Origin: Malacoraja senta | Taxonomy: Eukaryota | Direction: 5' to 3' | Assembly (NCBI GenBank): GCA_038087875.1 | Contig: CM075995.1 | Span: 3,102,001 to 3,166,000, forward strand | Length of the DNA: 64,000 nt | In this document: piece by piece, positions 12,452 through 23,984 of the stretch | How positions within the stretch are numbered: position 1 is the first letter of the stretch | How the letters are laid out: each line of letters starts with the position of its first letter | Translations under genes and position numbers: made by a program | The notes under the pieces: model-generated | Databases searched by the model: none | What the model was told of the DNA's origin: nothing | What the model saw: only the letters and a program-made list of their open reading frames with translations

Positions 12452-13815
12452 TAGTACAATCCGTATTTGGAAACAAATAAAACAAAATTTAAAATTAAGA
12501 AACTTATCACTTTTATTACCTATAGTCAATAACCCTTCGTTTAGTCCTTCTATTATAGATAAAGCTTATACACAATGGGATAGACTAGGAATTAAAACGC
12601 TTGGTGACTTGTATGAAACTGGAAAATTACTTTCATTTCAACAATTACAAATAAAATATAAACTCGGAAATAATCAATATTTTAAATACTTTCAAATATG
12701 CGACTATTTGAAAAAATATACAAAAGATCATCATAATAACCCAGCAGATGTACTGGACGAGGCAATGCAGATAAAAGCGGAATCAGCAAACTTAATATCA
12801 TATTTGTACAATATTATCCTAAATGCACAAATACCATCTACGGAGGGTATCAGAAGAGACTGGGAACAAGAGTTAGCTATTAAAATTTCAAAGGAAAGTT
12901 GGAATGAATACTTATTAAAAGTGCATAAATGCTCGATTAATGTAAGACACACTTTAATACAATTTAAAATTTTACATAGATTATATTATTCGAAAACTAA
13001 AATTCATAAAATTTTCCCAAACGTATCATCTATTTGTGATAAATGTCAATCCCAAGAAGCAACTATAGCGCACTCATTTGTCTTCTGTACAAAAATTCAA
13101 AAATTTTGGAATGAAATTTTTGAAATCTTTACAAAGTTATTTAAAACAAGACTGATACCCAAAGCAGAATGGATTATCTTCGGAATAACGGAAGATGATC
13201 CAGAACTAAATGTGTTTCAAAAGAAATTAATGGATTATGGGTTAATAACTGGAAAAAAGCTAATTCTAAAATTTTGGAAGAAGGCTCCAATACCAACTAT
13301 AAATATGTGGATTTCAAATATGTTTGAAACATTACACCTTGAAGAGATAAGACTCCTCCTAGCAGGTAAACCAGATCACTTCCACCTGACGTGGTCTGCA
13401 TTTATAGAATTATTACAAACATAGGGTGCAAAAGTACTTTAAAAAAATAAAAAATTGAGGTCGGGTAAGGGGGGATGATAGTTGAAGAGTTGGTATGTCC
13501 TATTTACGTGATGCTCAAAAAAAAAAACATTTGTTTCTCTTTTTTTCTATTTCTCTTTTCTTTTCTTAGGGCCTATTTCTTAACTCTTTTTCTTTTTGTT
13601 TTTAATTTCGCTCTTATAGGGTCTTCGTCCTTTTTTGTTGTTACATTTTCTACACTTTTCTACACTTGCACTTTTTCCTTCACTTTCTTCTCTCTTTCAA
13701 TCTTTTCTTTCTCTAGTGTAAAAAATAAAATAAAGGGAGTACATTAACTGTAAGAAGATATAAATGACGAGTATTAATGTATGTGGTTGTAATGTAATGT
13801 ACTTCTAATAAATAA

Positions 13816-13843
<28 letters not shown>
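12452..13843 (+). mobile_element. L1/Tx1-clade LINE, 5'-truncated, with poly(A) and 15-bp TSD
   Basis: Open frame to the stop at 13424 with QFKILHRLY and CDKC..HSFVFC (CCHC). AATAAA precedes an A-tail at 13821-13846. aaattacaatctgat lies at 12437-12451 and 13844-13858. Confidence 0.93.
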
Positions 13844-13846
<3 letters not shown>

Positions 13847-14599
13847 TTACAATCTGATGCTAGTGCTCAAGGTTGGGATGCTACCAATACCATCTCCAGC
13901 TACGGTGGCAGATGGAATGTGCATGAGTCATCAAGCTTTCAGTTACATAGTATCAACTATTTAGAGGTGCTGGGAGCACACTATGGGTTGAAGGCATATG
14001 GTGGGAATATGCATCATCTGCATGTTCAACTACAGATTGACAACACTACAGCGGAGGCATATATTAATCACATGGGTGGAATCGTCAGTATCTTGGGATA
14101 AACTGGCTAACCTTATTTGGCACTGGTGTATTGCAAGAAACATTTGGGTTTCAGCTACCTACTTACCAGGTAGGTTTAACATGGTGGCGGACACCAGGTC
14201 ACGGAAATGTAATGACAACACAGAATGGATGTTCGGTCATGACGTGTGAACAACATTGTTGCTCGGTATGGAACAGCATGGGAGCCAGACCCAGGGGCAG
14301 TAGCGATAGATGCATTCTCGCTGCACTGGGGAGGAATGTTCTTTTAGGCATTCCCCTCCATTTTGCCTTATCAGTCGGTACTTGCAAAAATTCAGCAAGA
14401 CCCCGCGTCAGGCATGTTGGTAATGCCTGACTGGCCTACGCAGCCATGGTTCCCACTGATACTAGGAATAATATCAGAGCCTTGTATGGCCGTTCCCAAA
14501 CGCAGAAATCTGCTGGTTCACCCCGTGACTGGGGAGGACCATCCACTGCATGATCAAATCAATTTGTTGGTTTGCAGACTCTGAGAAGACCTTTTCTGG

Positions 14600-15539
14600 G
14601 GCTCGGACTGTCAGATCGTACGGTGGACGTGATCACTGCGGCCTGGAGAGATAATACCAAGGAACAGTACATCTCCTATATCAAGAAATAGGAAGTGTTC
14701 TGTTACAGTCCTACATATCGAATGACATGCCATGTATAACAGATGTGTTGGAATTCCTCTCAAAACTATATTTTGATGAGGGCTAGAGTTATAGTGCCAT
14801 AAACAGTGCCAGAAGTGCCTTGTCGTCATACTTGTTGCTGGGATCGGGACACCACTCTGTCGGGTCTCACCCTCTGATATCCAGGTTTATGAAGGGTATC
14901 TTCAACTCAAATTCCCCCAGACCCAGGTATTCGGTGATATGGGATGTTAACGTGGTGCTCACGCTGCTTCGCCGGTGGGCTCCAGCTACATCTCTGTCCT
15001 TGGTCAAACTCACTTACAAAGTGGTTATGTTCATGGCGCTGGTTTCAGCGCAACGGGTCCAGTCGTTGCATGAGCTGCGATTGGACAGGATGGTTACATC
15101 TGCAAATATTATAACATTTTATGTTTATGACTTGGTCAAGCAGAGTAGAACAGGGGCGTCCGGTCTCAAACTAGGTTTCATGGCATACCCCATGGATCTT
15201 CGGTTGTGTGTGGTCATTTATCTACAACAGTACGTTAAGGTCACCAAGAGCCTTAGAGGCTCTGAACTAGCAAGGTTTGTTAGTTACAATAAACCTCATA
15301 AGAAGGTATTAGTACAGACCATCTCCAGGTGGTTAAAACGGGTTCTGGCTTATGCAGGAGTGGATACTGATGTTTTCAAATCTCACTCCACCAGGGCTGC
15401 AACAACTTCAGCAGCAAGGGTTATGGAGGTTCCACTCGACCATATCCTAGCGACTGCAGGATGGTCAAACGAAGAACTTTCCAAACATTTTATAACAAAC
15501 CCATTGCCAGACCGGGGGTATTTGCCAATTCCATTTTAA
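14600..15539 (+). pseudogene. DIRS tyrosine recombinase (YR), decayed
   Basis: SAQRVQ (R), KQSR (K), HSTRAA (HxxR) and AGWS (W). The FYNKP with the catalytic Tyr is frameshifted at ~15488. Confidence 0.92.
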
Positions 15540-15686
15540 GTTCATTTGCTCATTAACAAGCATCAGCATGTTTGAAATCTATGTCATGTCTGAATGCATT
15601 ATTATTTTCACTCATCCTTGGTCAACTGATGCAGTGTGTGATGCATTGACTCGTGTCCACGGCATGAATTCACAGAGCTTTGAAAT

Positions 15687-15798
15687 CTTCACGTAGTCAC
15701 TCACGTGATTCCGAAGTAAAATAGTAAGATTAAACGAGAACTTACCAGTTTGAAGTTTGATCTTTATTTTATGAGGAGTTACGATGAGGGATTACGTG
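15687..15798. other. DIRS-A internal complementary region (ICR)
   Basis: 15687-15721 is the reverse complement of the left end (9986-10020). 15722-15798 is the reverse complement of the right end (~15944-16018). Confidence 0.93.
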
Positions 15799-16454
15799 CC
15801 CTCCGCTCCCAACCCTCTCCTCATAAAGATCAGCTGGTAGTTCTAGTTTCTCGAATCTTACTATATTCAGTTCAACAACTGTTATCCGTGACTTCACACC
15901 GCTGCTTTGAAGGTTGATGCGCATGCGGGCTGGCGGGCTTCTTCACGTAATCCCTCATCGTAACTCCTCATAAAATAAAGATCAAACTTCAAACTGGTAA
16001 GCTTGTTTAATCTTACTATTTACAATTACAACCAGCCAATTAACCTACAAACCTGTACGTCTTTGGAGTGTGGGAGGAAATCGGAGCAGCTGGAGAAAAC
16101 CCACGCAGTGATGGGGAGAACGTACAAACTCCATACAGACAGCATCCGTAGAGAGCGTCAAACCCGGGTCTCTGGCGCTGTAAGGCAGCAAATCTACCGC
16201 TGCTTATCTTTGTGTCTTTTATGCAAATTAAGAATGTCTTGAATGCATAGTTTAGTGCAATGTGATTCATCTTGAAATCTGCATAATCTGCTTACTTCTT
16301 TAGCAAACTATATCACGTCTCATAAAATGCTTATGAAATGCAACGTAGGAAATGCAGACGGCAGTGGGCATAAAAATCACAGATAACTATCAGATTTTGA
16401 CTAGTTAATTTAATTTAATGTGTAAACACGGAGTCTAGCAGCATCGTTAGCAAT

Positions 16455-16650
16455 AGTTAGATATAGCTCTTAGGCCTAAAGGAATCAAGGGGGATGGGGG
16501 GAAAGCAGGAATAGGCTACTGATTCTGGATGATCAGCCATGATCGTGTTGAATGGCCTACTCCTGCAACTATTTTCTATGTTTCTATCTGAGGAAGGAAT
16601 AGACAGATGCATTTTGGGTTGAGACCCTTCTTCAGTCTTCTTCAGTCTGA
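16455..16650. mobile_element. CR1 tail (+) followed by a Penelope pLTR fragment (-)
   Basis: gatcagccatgatcgtgttgaatggcctactcctgc, then gggttgagacccttcttcag. Confidence 0.7.
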
Positions 16651-16982
16651 TTTAATGCTCATTGAGGGATGCAGTGTTTGCAGGCAGAGTGGGAACAAGA
16701 ATCTTGTTCACCTTCATAAAGAGCGTCATGTAATCTTTAACATTCTCCTGAGAAAGCAGATGGATGGTTTAACGTCTGATGGAGTGTATCTCCACAGTAC
16801 AGAGGTCCCTCTGTACTGCACTGGAGTGTAGGTCTCAATCTGAACCCTCAGTTTTCTGATTCGGAGACAACATTGCTCCGAACTCAGCCATAGCTAACAC
16901 GTTGTTATCAATCACTGGTTTACATGCAAGTACTAATTGATCAGACAAATGAAGACAATTACAATACAGTTAATATAAATCT

Positions 16983-17910
16983 CCATAACCCATAACCCTC
17001 TAAACCCATCCTGTCCATGTACCTGCCCAAATGTCTCTTAAATGTTATGACAATACCTGCCTCAACTACCTCCTCCGGAAGCTGATTCTATTCACCCACC
17101 ACCTGTTGTGTAAAAAGTTTACCCTTCAGGTGCTTATTAAATCTTTTCCCCTTCACCTTAAACCTATGCCTCTAGTCCTCAATTCACCTACTCTGGACAA
17201 GAGATTTTGTGCATCTACCCGATCTATTCCTCTCATGATTTTATATACCGCTATAAGATCACCCCTCATCCTCCTGTGCTCCAAGCCTACTCACCCTCTC
17301 CCTATAGCTCAGACCCTCTAGTCTTGGCAACATCCTCATAAATCTTCTCTGTACCCTTTCTAGCCTGACAATATCTTTCCTATAACACGTTGCCGAGGAC
17401 TGAACACAATACACCAATTGCGGCCTCACCAAGGTCTTATACAACAACAACATGGCCTCCCAACTTCTATACTCAATACTCTGGCTGATGAAGGCCAATG
17501 TGCCAAAAGCCTTTTTGACCATCCGATCTACCTGCGACTCCACCTTCAAGGAACCATGCACGTGCATTCCTAGATCTCTCTGCTCTACAACACTCCCCAG
17601 AGGCCTACCATTCACTGTCTAACATCACCTCCCAACTCAACCTTCTCAACTGACTGCCATGATGTGCGGGTTATAAGGTCATAAGGAATCGGAGTAGAAT
17701 TAGGCCATTCTGCCTATCAAGTCAACTCTGCCATTCAATCATGGCTGATCTATCTCTCTCTCCTTTCCCCATTTTCCTGCCTTCTTCATTAACCTCTGAC
17801 ACCCGTACTAATCAAGAATCTATCTATTTCTGCCTTAAAAATATTCACTGACTTGGCCGCCACAGCCTTCTGTGACAAAGAATTCCACAGATTCACCAAC
17901 CTCTGACTAA
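16983..17910 (-). mobile_element. Two CR1 3' fragments (16983-17620 and 17672-17910)
   Basis: ORF 17259-17615 has LYKTLVRPQLVYCVQ and LERVQRRF; the second fragment has the gtagaattaggccattc tail. Confidence 0.85.
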
Positions 17911-18344
17911 CGGTTGAACTCCTGAAGGTTGCAGTCCTTTCCCCAGCCGCCTTGAAGGAGACTGTGGTTAAACAAAGTCAGTGGTGATTGACTTTGTCAG
18001 CTATTTTCCTAAAAACTGGCTACTGAATGGAATCTTCCCAGAAGGAAGCGAGTGAAGAGATGAGTACTTCTTGCCAACGTGGTCAACTTGGAATTGTTCC
18101 AGCCTAAGGAGCTGGAGTTGTTTATCCTGTTTCCTCACAGCCTGCCTCTCATTACTCTGATAGTGGACATTAGTCAGTGGACATGACAATGGTGATGTAT
18201 CACAGGCTGGTCGTTCAAAGCATGTAGCCTGAGGCTTGCTTCCGTGCTCAAATTGTATATTTGCACTTGTTATTTTTCTCCCCCTTTGAAAGCCACTGTT
18301 ATTTTTTATGCTTTTATAGCAATCAAAAAATGCTGGAGGAATTC

Positions 18345-18650
18345 TGCACGGTGGTGCAGCGGTACAGTTGCTGCCTTACAGCGCCAGAGATCCGGGTTTG
18401 ATCCTGACTGCTGTCTGTACGGAGTTTGTACGTTCTCCCCGTGACCTGCGTGGGTTTTCTCCACAATCTTCGTGTTCCTCCCACACCCCAAAGACGCACA
18501 GGTTTGTAGGTTAATTGGTTTGGTATAAATGTAAATTGTCCCTCGTGTGTGTAGGATAGCGTTAATGTGCGGGGATCGCTGGTTGTGGTGGACTCGGTGG
18601 GCCGAAGGGCCTGTTTCCACTCCGTATCTCTAAACTAAAATTAAACTAAA
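18345..18650 (+). mobile_element. HE1-like SINE, full-length
   Basis: A-box tggtgcagcggt, B-box ggtttgatcc and (ctaaa)n tail. Confidence 0.88.
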
Positions 18651-18669
18651 CCAGGAGCATGCTGGAGAA

Positions 18670-19130
18670 ACAAACTGCAGATGCTGGTTTACAAAAGAAG
18701 ACACAAAGTGGTGGAGTAACTTGGCAGGTCAGGCAGCATCTCTGGAGAACATGGATTGGTGAGAAGGTGTTGAGAGAGAAAAATTGCGTTGAGAGAGGGT
18801 CATAGGGTTGAGAGAGAAAATTAGATCTGCCATGATTGAACGACAAAGCAGACTCGATGGGCCGAATGGCTCCTATGTCTTACGTTCTTACAGTGATGTT
18901 TCGGGTCGGGACCCTTCTTCAGACTGATTGTTGGGCAGGATGGGGTGGGAAAAAACGCTGGAAGAGAGGAGGGGCAGGACAAAGCCAGGCAGGTAATAGG
19001 TTAAAGAGTAGATACGATGAACTGCAGTTGCTGGTTTACAAAAAAAGACACAAATTGCTGGAGTAACTGAGTAGGTGATACAGCCTCCTTGGAGAACATT
19101 GATATTTGACATTTCAGGTGGGGATCCTTA
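18670..19130 (-). mobile_element. Tandem Penelope pLTR fragments, one interrupted by a CR1 tail
   Basis: aactgcag(a/t)tgctggtttacaaaa occurs at ~18673 and ~19020; tttcgggtcgggacccttcttcagac at ~18899. Confidence 0.75.
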
Positions 19131-19202
19131 AGTTGATACTGCTTGATACCCAAATTGTCACCTAAAAATGCTGAAAAAGATAAATAAAATTAGTAGCTAG
19201 GT

Positions 19203-19590
19203 CCCTCTTCTCATCCCTTCTCTTTTCTCTTCTCTTTTCTCATCTCATCGCTTCTCTTCCCTTCTCTCCTCTCTTTTTCTCTTCCCTCCTCTCCTCTTCT
19301 CTTCTATCATCTCCTATTTTCTCCTCTTCTCTTCTCATTTCTCTTCCTCTTTTCTCTTCTTTTCTCATCTCTCCTCTTCTCATCTCTTACCTCTTCCTCT
19401 TCTCTTTTCTCTTTTCTCTTCCCTCCTCTTCTCTTCTCACCTCTACCCTTATCTTCTCTTCCTCTTCTCTTCTCTTTTCTTTCTCTTCTCTTCTCTTCTC
19501 TTCCCTTTTCTTCTCTTCCTCTTACCTTACCTTCCCTTCTCTACCTCTTCCCTTCCTCTTCTCTTCTCTTCTCTTCTCTTTATCGTCTCT
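19203..19590. repeat. Polypyrimidine (CTTCT)n-like low-complexity tract
   Basis: About 390 bp that is almost entirely C/T. Confidence 0.95.
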
Positions 19591-19782
19591 TAATTTTTTA
19601 AAGAAGAAAAGCCATTGATTATCTAGACACAAATGGATTAAGTGGGGTTGGAAGTGGGGGGGTGGGGGGGGGAATTATGCAGGCAAAAAAAAATCATAAA
19701 GTGAAACCAACCTGGGATTCTGGGATCATTATCGTAAACCTCCTCTGCTCCCTCCAACGCCAGCACTTCCTTCCTCAGATAT

Positions 19783-20058
19783 TAGAAACATACATAGAAA
19801 CATAGCAAATAGGTGCAGGAGGAGGCCATTCGGCCCTTCAAGCCAGCACCGCCATTCACTGTGATCATGGCTGATCATCCACAATCAGTACACCGTCCCT
19901 GCCTTCTCCCCATATCCCCTGACTCAGCTTTGGAGAGATGGCAGGAGAATGGGGTTTGGAGGGAGAGATAGATCAGCCATGATTGAATGGCGGAGCAGAC
20001 TTGATGGGCTGAATGGCCTCCTTTTGATCTGATCACTTATGAATTAATGACCTTATGA
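19783..20058. mobile_element. Two CR1 tails in opposite orientation
   Basis: (tagaaaca)n-ggccattcggccc on - (19783-19925) and ggcaggagaatgggg...gacctta on + (19940-20058). Confidence 0.75.
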
Positions 20059-20144
20059 TACTGGGCCTGATGTAAAATTCAGCAACATGTTTCTCACTGG
20101 CAGCTGGAAAAAAAGATATTGGAACAAATCAGTGGCAAATGTAT

Positions 20145-20309
20145 AGAAGGAACTGCAGATGCTGATTTAAACCGAAGATAGACACAAAATGCTGAGTAAC
20201 TCAACGGGACAGGCAGCATCTCAGGGGATGTTTCGACCCGAAACGTCACCCATTCCTTCCCTCCAGAGACACTGGCTGTCCCGCTGAGTTACTCCAGCTT
20301 TTTGTGTCT
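20145..20309. mobile_element. Penelope fold-back mini-insertion with 17-bp TSD
   Basis: atcagtggcaaatgtat at 20128-20144 and 20310-20326 flanks inverted pLTR arms. Confidence 0.88.
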
Positions 20310-20601
20310 ATCAGTGGCAAATGTATGCTGCACTCGTATCCAATAGTCAGTACAGAAAAAAATAACTTCATAATTCCCTCATTTCCACCTTCATGGCTTA
20401 ATTGTTTCCACAACTACATCGTCAGCATTTATTTTTCTAGCCCAGCAGAACATGTATGAGTAATTGTTTATTAAAGGACAGCTACTCCGTTCTATTTTAC
20501 AGCAATTGTCTCAGCATCCTGCCTCATGGCAAGGTTGTATTTATGTATGTATTTTTCATCATTCTTAACCTTGCACATGTTAGATACGGAATTCATAATT
20601 A

Positions 20602-21056
20602 AAGTTTAGTTTAGTTTGGAGACCCAGCATGGAAATTGGCCCTTCGGCCCACCGAGTCCACGCTGACCCGTCCACTAGTTGTATCCTAGATACCAGGGAC
20701 AATTTGCAGAAGGCAATTAAACAACATTCCTGATAGACACAAAGTACTGGAGTAACTCAGCCTAAAGAAGGATCCCGACCCGAAATGGCACCCATCCTTT
20801 TTCTTCAGAGATGCTGCCTGACCAGCTGAGTTACTCCAGTACTTTGTGTCTATGTTTGGTATATACCAGCATCTACAGTTCCTTTCTACACAACCTGCAA
20901 ACCTGCACGTCTCTGGAATGTGGGAGGAAAAAGGAGCAATGGAGAAAATCCCGGCGGTCACAGGGGAGAACGTGCAAACTCCGTAAAGACATTACCCGTA
21001 GTCAGGATCGAACCCAGGTCTCTGGCACTGTAAGGCAACAACTCTACCGCTGTGCC
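20602..21056 (-). mobile_element. HE1-like SINE interrupted by a Penelope fold-back insertion (~20730-20890)
   Basis: The SINE resumes at aacctgcaaacctgcacg. The arms atagacacaaagtactggagtaactcagc and gctgagttactccagtactttgtgtctat are exact inverted repeats. Confidence 0.82.
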
Positions 21057-22066
21057 AATGATTACAGAAGGTCTACATAGAAACGTAGAAACATAGGTGC
21101 AGGAGTAGGCCATTTGGCCCTTCGAACCAGCACCGCCATTCAATATGATCATGGCTGATCATCTAAACTCAGTTCCCGTTCCTGCTTTTTCCCCATATCC
21201 CTTGATTCCTTTAGCCCTAAGAGCTAAATCTAACTCTCTCTTGAAAACATCCAGTGAATTGGCCTCCACTGCCTTCTGTGGCAGAAAATTCCACAGATTC
21301 ACAACTGTCTGGATGAAAAAAATGTTCCTAATCTCAGTCCTAAATGGCCTACGCCTTAACCTTTTAAACTGTGACCCCTGGTTCTGGACTCCCCCAACAT
21401 CGAGAACAATTTTCCTGCATCCAGCCTGTCCAATCCTTTAAGAATTTTACAGTTTCTATAAGATCCCCTCACATCCTAAATTCCGAGTGAATACAAGCCC
21501 AGTCGACCCATTCTTTCATCATATGTCAGTCCCGGCCCATCCCGGAATTAACCTGGTGAACCTACGCTGCAATCCTTCAGTAGCAATGTCCTTCCTCAAA
21601 TTAGGAGACCAAAATTGCACACACAATTCCAGGTGCGGTCTCACCAGGGCCCTGTACAACTGCAGTAGGGACCTCCTTGCTCCTAAACACAAATCCTCTC
21701 GCAATGAAGGCCAACTTGCCATTAGCTTTCTTCACAGCCTGCTGTACCTGCATGCTTACTTTCAGTCACTGATGTACAAGGCCACCCAGGTCTCATTGCA
21801 CCTCTCCTTTTCCCAATCTGACACCAGTCTGATAATAATCTGTCTTCCTGTTCTTGCAACCAAAGTGGACAACCTTACATTTATCCACATTATGCTGCAT
21901 CTGCCTTGCATCTGCCACTCACCCCAACCTATCCAAGTCACCCTGCAACCTCATAGCATCCTCATCGTAGATCACACTGCCACCCAGCTTTGTGTCATCC
22001 GCAAACTTAGAGATTTAAGTTTACATTTAAGTCACATTTAATTCCCTCGTCTAAATCGTTAATATA

Positions 22067-22867
22067 CAGTGGCTTGCAAAAGTATTCATACCCCTTGAAC
22101 TTTTCCACATTTTGTCACGTTACAACCACAAACGTAAATGTATTTTATTGGGATTGTATGTGATAGACCAACACAAAGTGGTGCATACTTGTGAAGTGGA
22201 AGGAAAATGATACATGCTTTTCTTCAGCAGGGACAGGGAAGCTGGTCAGAGTTGATGGGAAGATGGATGGAGCCAAATACAGGGCAATCTTGGAAGAAAA
22301 CCTGTTAGAGTCTGCAAAAGACTTGAGACTGGGGCAGAGGTTCACCTTCCAGCAGGACAACGACCCTAAACATACAGCCAGAGTTACAATGGAATGGTTT
22401 AGATCAAAGCATATTCATGTGTTAGAATGGCCCAGTCAAAGTCCAGACCTAAATCCAATTGAGAATCTCTGGCAAGTCTTGAAAATTGCTGTTCACAGAC
22501 GCTCTCCATCCAATCTGACTGAGCTTGAGCTATTTTGCAAAGAAGAATGGGCAAAAATTTCAGTCTCTAGATGTGCAAAGCTGGTAGAGACATACCCCAA
22601 AAGACTTGTAGCTGTAATTGCAGCGAAAGGTGGTTCTACAAAGTATTGACTCAGGGGGGCTGAATACTTTTGCACGCGACACTTTTCAGTTTTTTATTTG
22701 TAAAAAAATTTGAAAACCATGTATCATTTTCCTTCCACTTCAAAATTATGCACCACTTTGTGTTGGTCTATCACATAAAATCCCAATAAAATACATTTAC
22801 GTTTGTGGTTGTAACGTGACAAAATGTGGAAAAGTTCAAGGGGTATGAAAACTTTTGCAAGCCACTG
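22067..22867 (+). mobile_element. Tc1 DNA transposon (DD34E), internally deleted, TA TSD
   Basis: ta|cagtggcttgcaaaagt...acttttgcaagccactg|ta with ~150 bp of near-perfect TIR pairing. Confidence 0.95.
22216..22649 (+). pseudogene. Tc1 transposase, C-terminal part
   Basis: FQQDNDPKH...[15 protein letters not shown] with 34 residues between D and E, ending KGGSTKY. The N-terminus and first Asp are deleted. Confidence 0.93.
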
Positions 22868-23343
22868 TATATTGTAAATACCTGGGATGCCAGGACCGAG
22901 CCTTGCGGCACCCCACTAGTCACTGCCTGCCATTCTGAAAAGATCAATATCCTACCCCCAATAACATGTGCTCTAATTTTGCACACTAATCTCTTGTGTG
23001 GGACATTGTCAAAAGCTTTTTGAAAGTCCAGATACACCACATCCACTGTCTCTCCCTTATCCATTCTACTTGTTACATCCTCAAAAACTTCCAGAAGATC
23101 AGTCAAGCATGATCCCCCCTTCATAAATCCATGCTGACTTTGACCGATCCTGTCACTGCTCTCCAAATGCGCTGCTATAACATCTTTAATAAGCATCTTT
23201 CCCACTACCGATGTAATGCTAACTGGTCTATAATTCCCCATTTTCTCTTTTCCTCCTTTCTTAAAAACATGAGTTACATTGTCTGCTCTCCAGTCCACAG
23301 GAACTGATCCAGAGTCAAGGGAACATTGATCACCAATGTTTCC

Positions 23344-23432
23344 TGAAGAAGGGTCTCGACCCGAAACGTTGCCTATTTCCTTCACTGCATAGATGCTGCC
23401 TCACCCGCTGAGTTTCTCCAGCAATTTTGTCT
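23344..23432 (+). mobile_element. Penelope pLTR micro-insertion with 12-bp TSD and hammerhead-like core
   Basis: accaatgtttcc at 23332-23343 and 23433-23444; ctgaagaagggtctcgacccgaaacgt at 23343. Confidence 0.85.
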
Positions 23433-23984
23433 ACCAATGTTTCCACGATTTCTAGGGCTACCTCCTTGAGTACTTTGGGATGCAAGCCATCAGGCCCTGG
23501 GGATTTAACTGCCTTCAGTCCCAACAGTTTACCTAACACAATTTCCTGACTAATGTGGATTCCCTTCAGTTCCCCCCTCCCAATAGAGCGTTGGTCCGTT
23601 GGTATTTCTGGGAGAATGATTATGTCTTCCTTAGTGAAGACAGAACCAAAGAACTCGTTTAACTGTTCTGCCATTTCCTTATTTCCCATTATATATTCAC
23701 CTGTCTCTGACTGTAAGGGACCTACATTTGTCCTCACTAATCTTTTCCTTTTTACATATCTAAAGAAGTTTTTAGAGTCAGTTTTTATATTCCCCGCAAG
23801 CTTGCTATCATGCTCTTTTCCCCCCTCTTAATTAATCCCGTTGTCCTCCTCTGTTGAGTTCTAAATTTCTCCCAGTCCTCCGGGTTGCTGCTTCCTCTGG
23901 CCAATTTATACACCTTTTCCTTGGATTTAGCACTACCCTTGACAATCTGCCGACCATTCACGTTATGAATGTCTTGAAGTAATT

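Larger units (their letters stand above)
11600..14584 (+). pseudogene. DIRS pol (RT - RNase H - methyltransferase-like), disrupted by frameshifts and two insertions
   Basis: Fragments WMGQLWQFKALP, SVTLPWGK, IGKLVAAF, YLPGRFNMVAD and VLAKIQQD...LVMPDWPTQPWFP. Confidence 0.85.
9986..16021 (+). mobile_element. DIRS1-type tyrosine-recombinase retrotransposon, full-length, decayed (DIRS-A)
   Basis: Inverted terminal repeats, ICR at 15687-15798, and remnants of RT (FKM, CIDLKDA, ALPNGLTSA, YLDD), RNase H (QSDAS..GW, INYLE, IDNTTA, ADTRSR), an MT-like domain and YR. No TSD; ATTT at both junctions. Confidence 0.95.
9868..16202 (-). mobile_element. HE1-like SINE split by the DIRS insertion (9868-9985 and 16019-16202)
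   Basis: Joining cactagggacaa with tttacaattacaaccagccaattaacc restores the SINE sequence seen in intact copies such as 5445-5480. Confidence 0.88.
21075..23940 (-). mobile_element. CR1 LINE, 5'-truncated and decayed; host of Tc1 and Penelope insertions
   Basis: KSPGPDG, NYRPVS, QHGF, YLDFQKAFD, GVPQGSVL, LYRALVRPHLE; (tagaaaca)n tail. Confidence 0.92.

Noticed and set aside
12216..13424. 402-aa ORF as a host or domesticated gene
   Set aside because: It is a chance in-frame fusion of a DIRS RT fragment and a truncated L1, delimited by a TSD, with a non-ATG start.
14820..15539. Phage integrase, prophage or bacterial contamination
   Set aside because: The recombinase lies within DIRS ITR/ICR structure nested in a vertebrate SINE.
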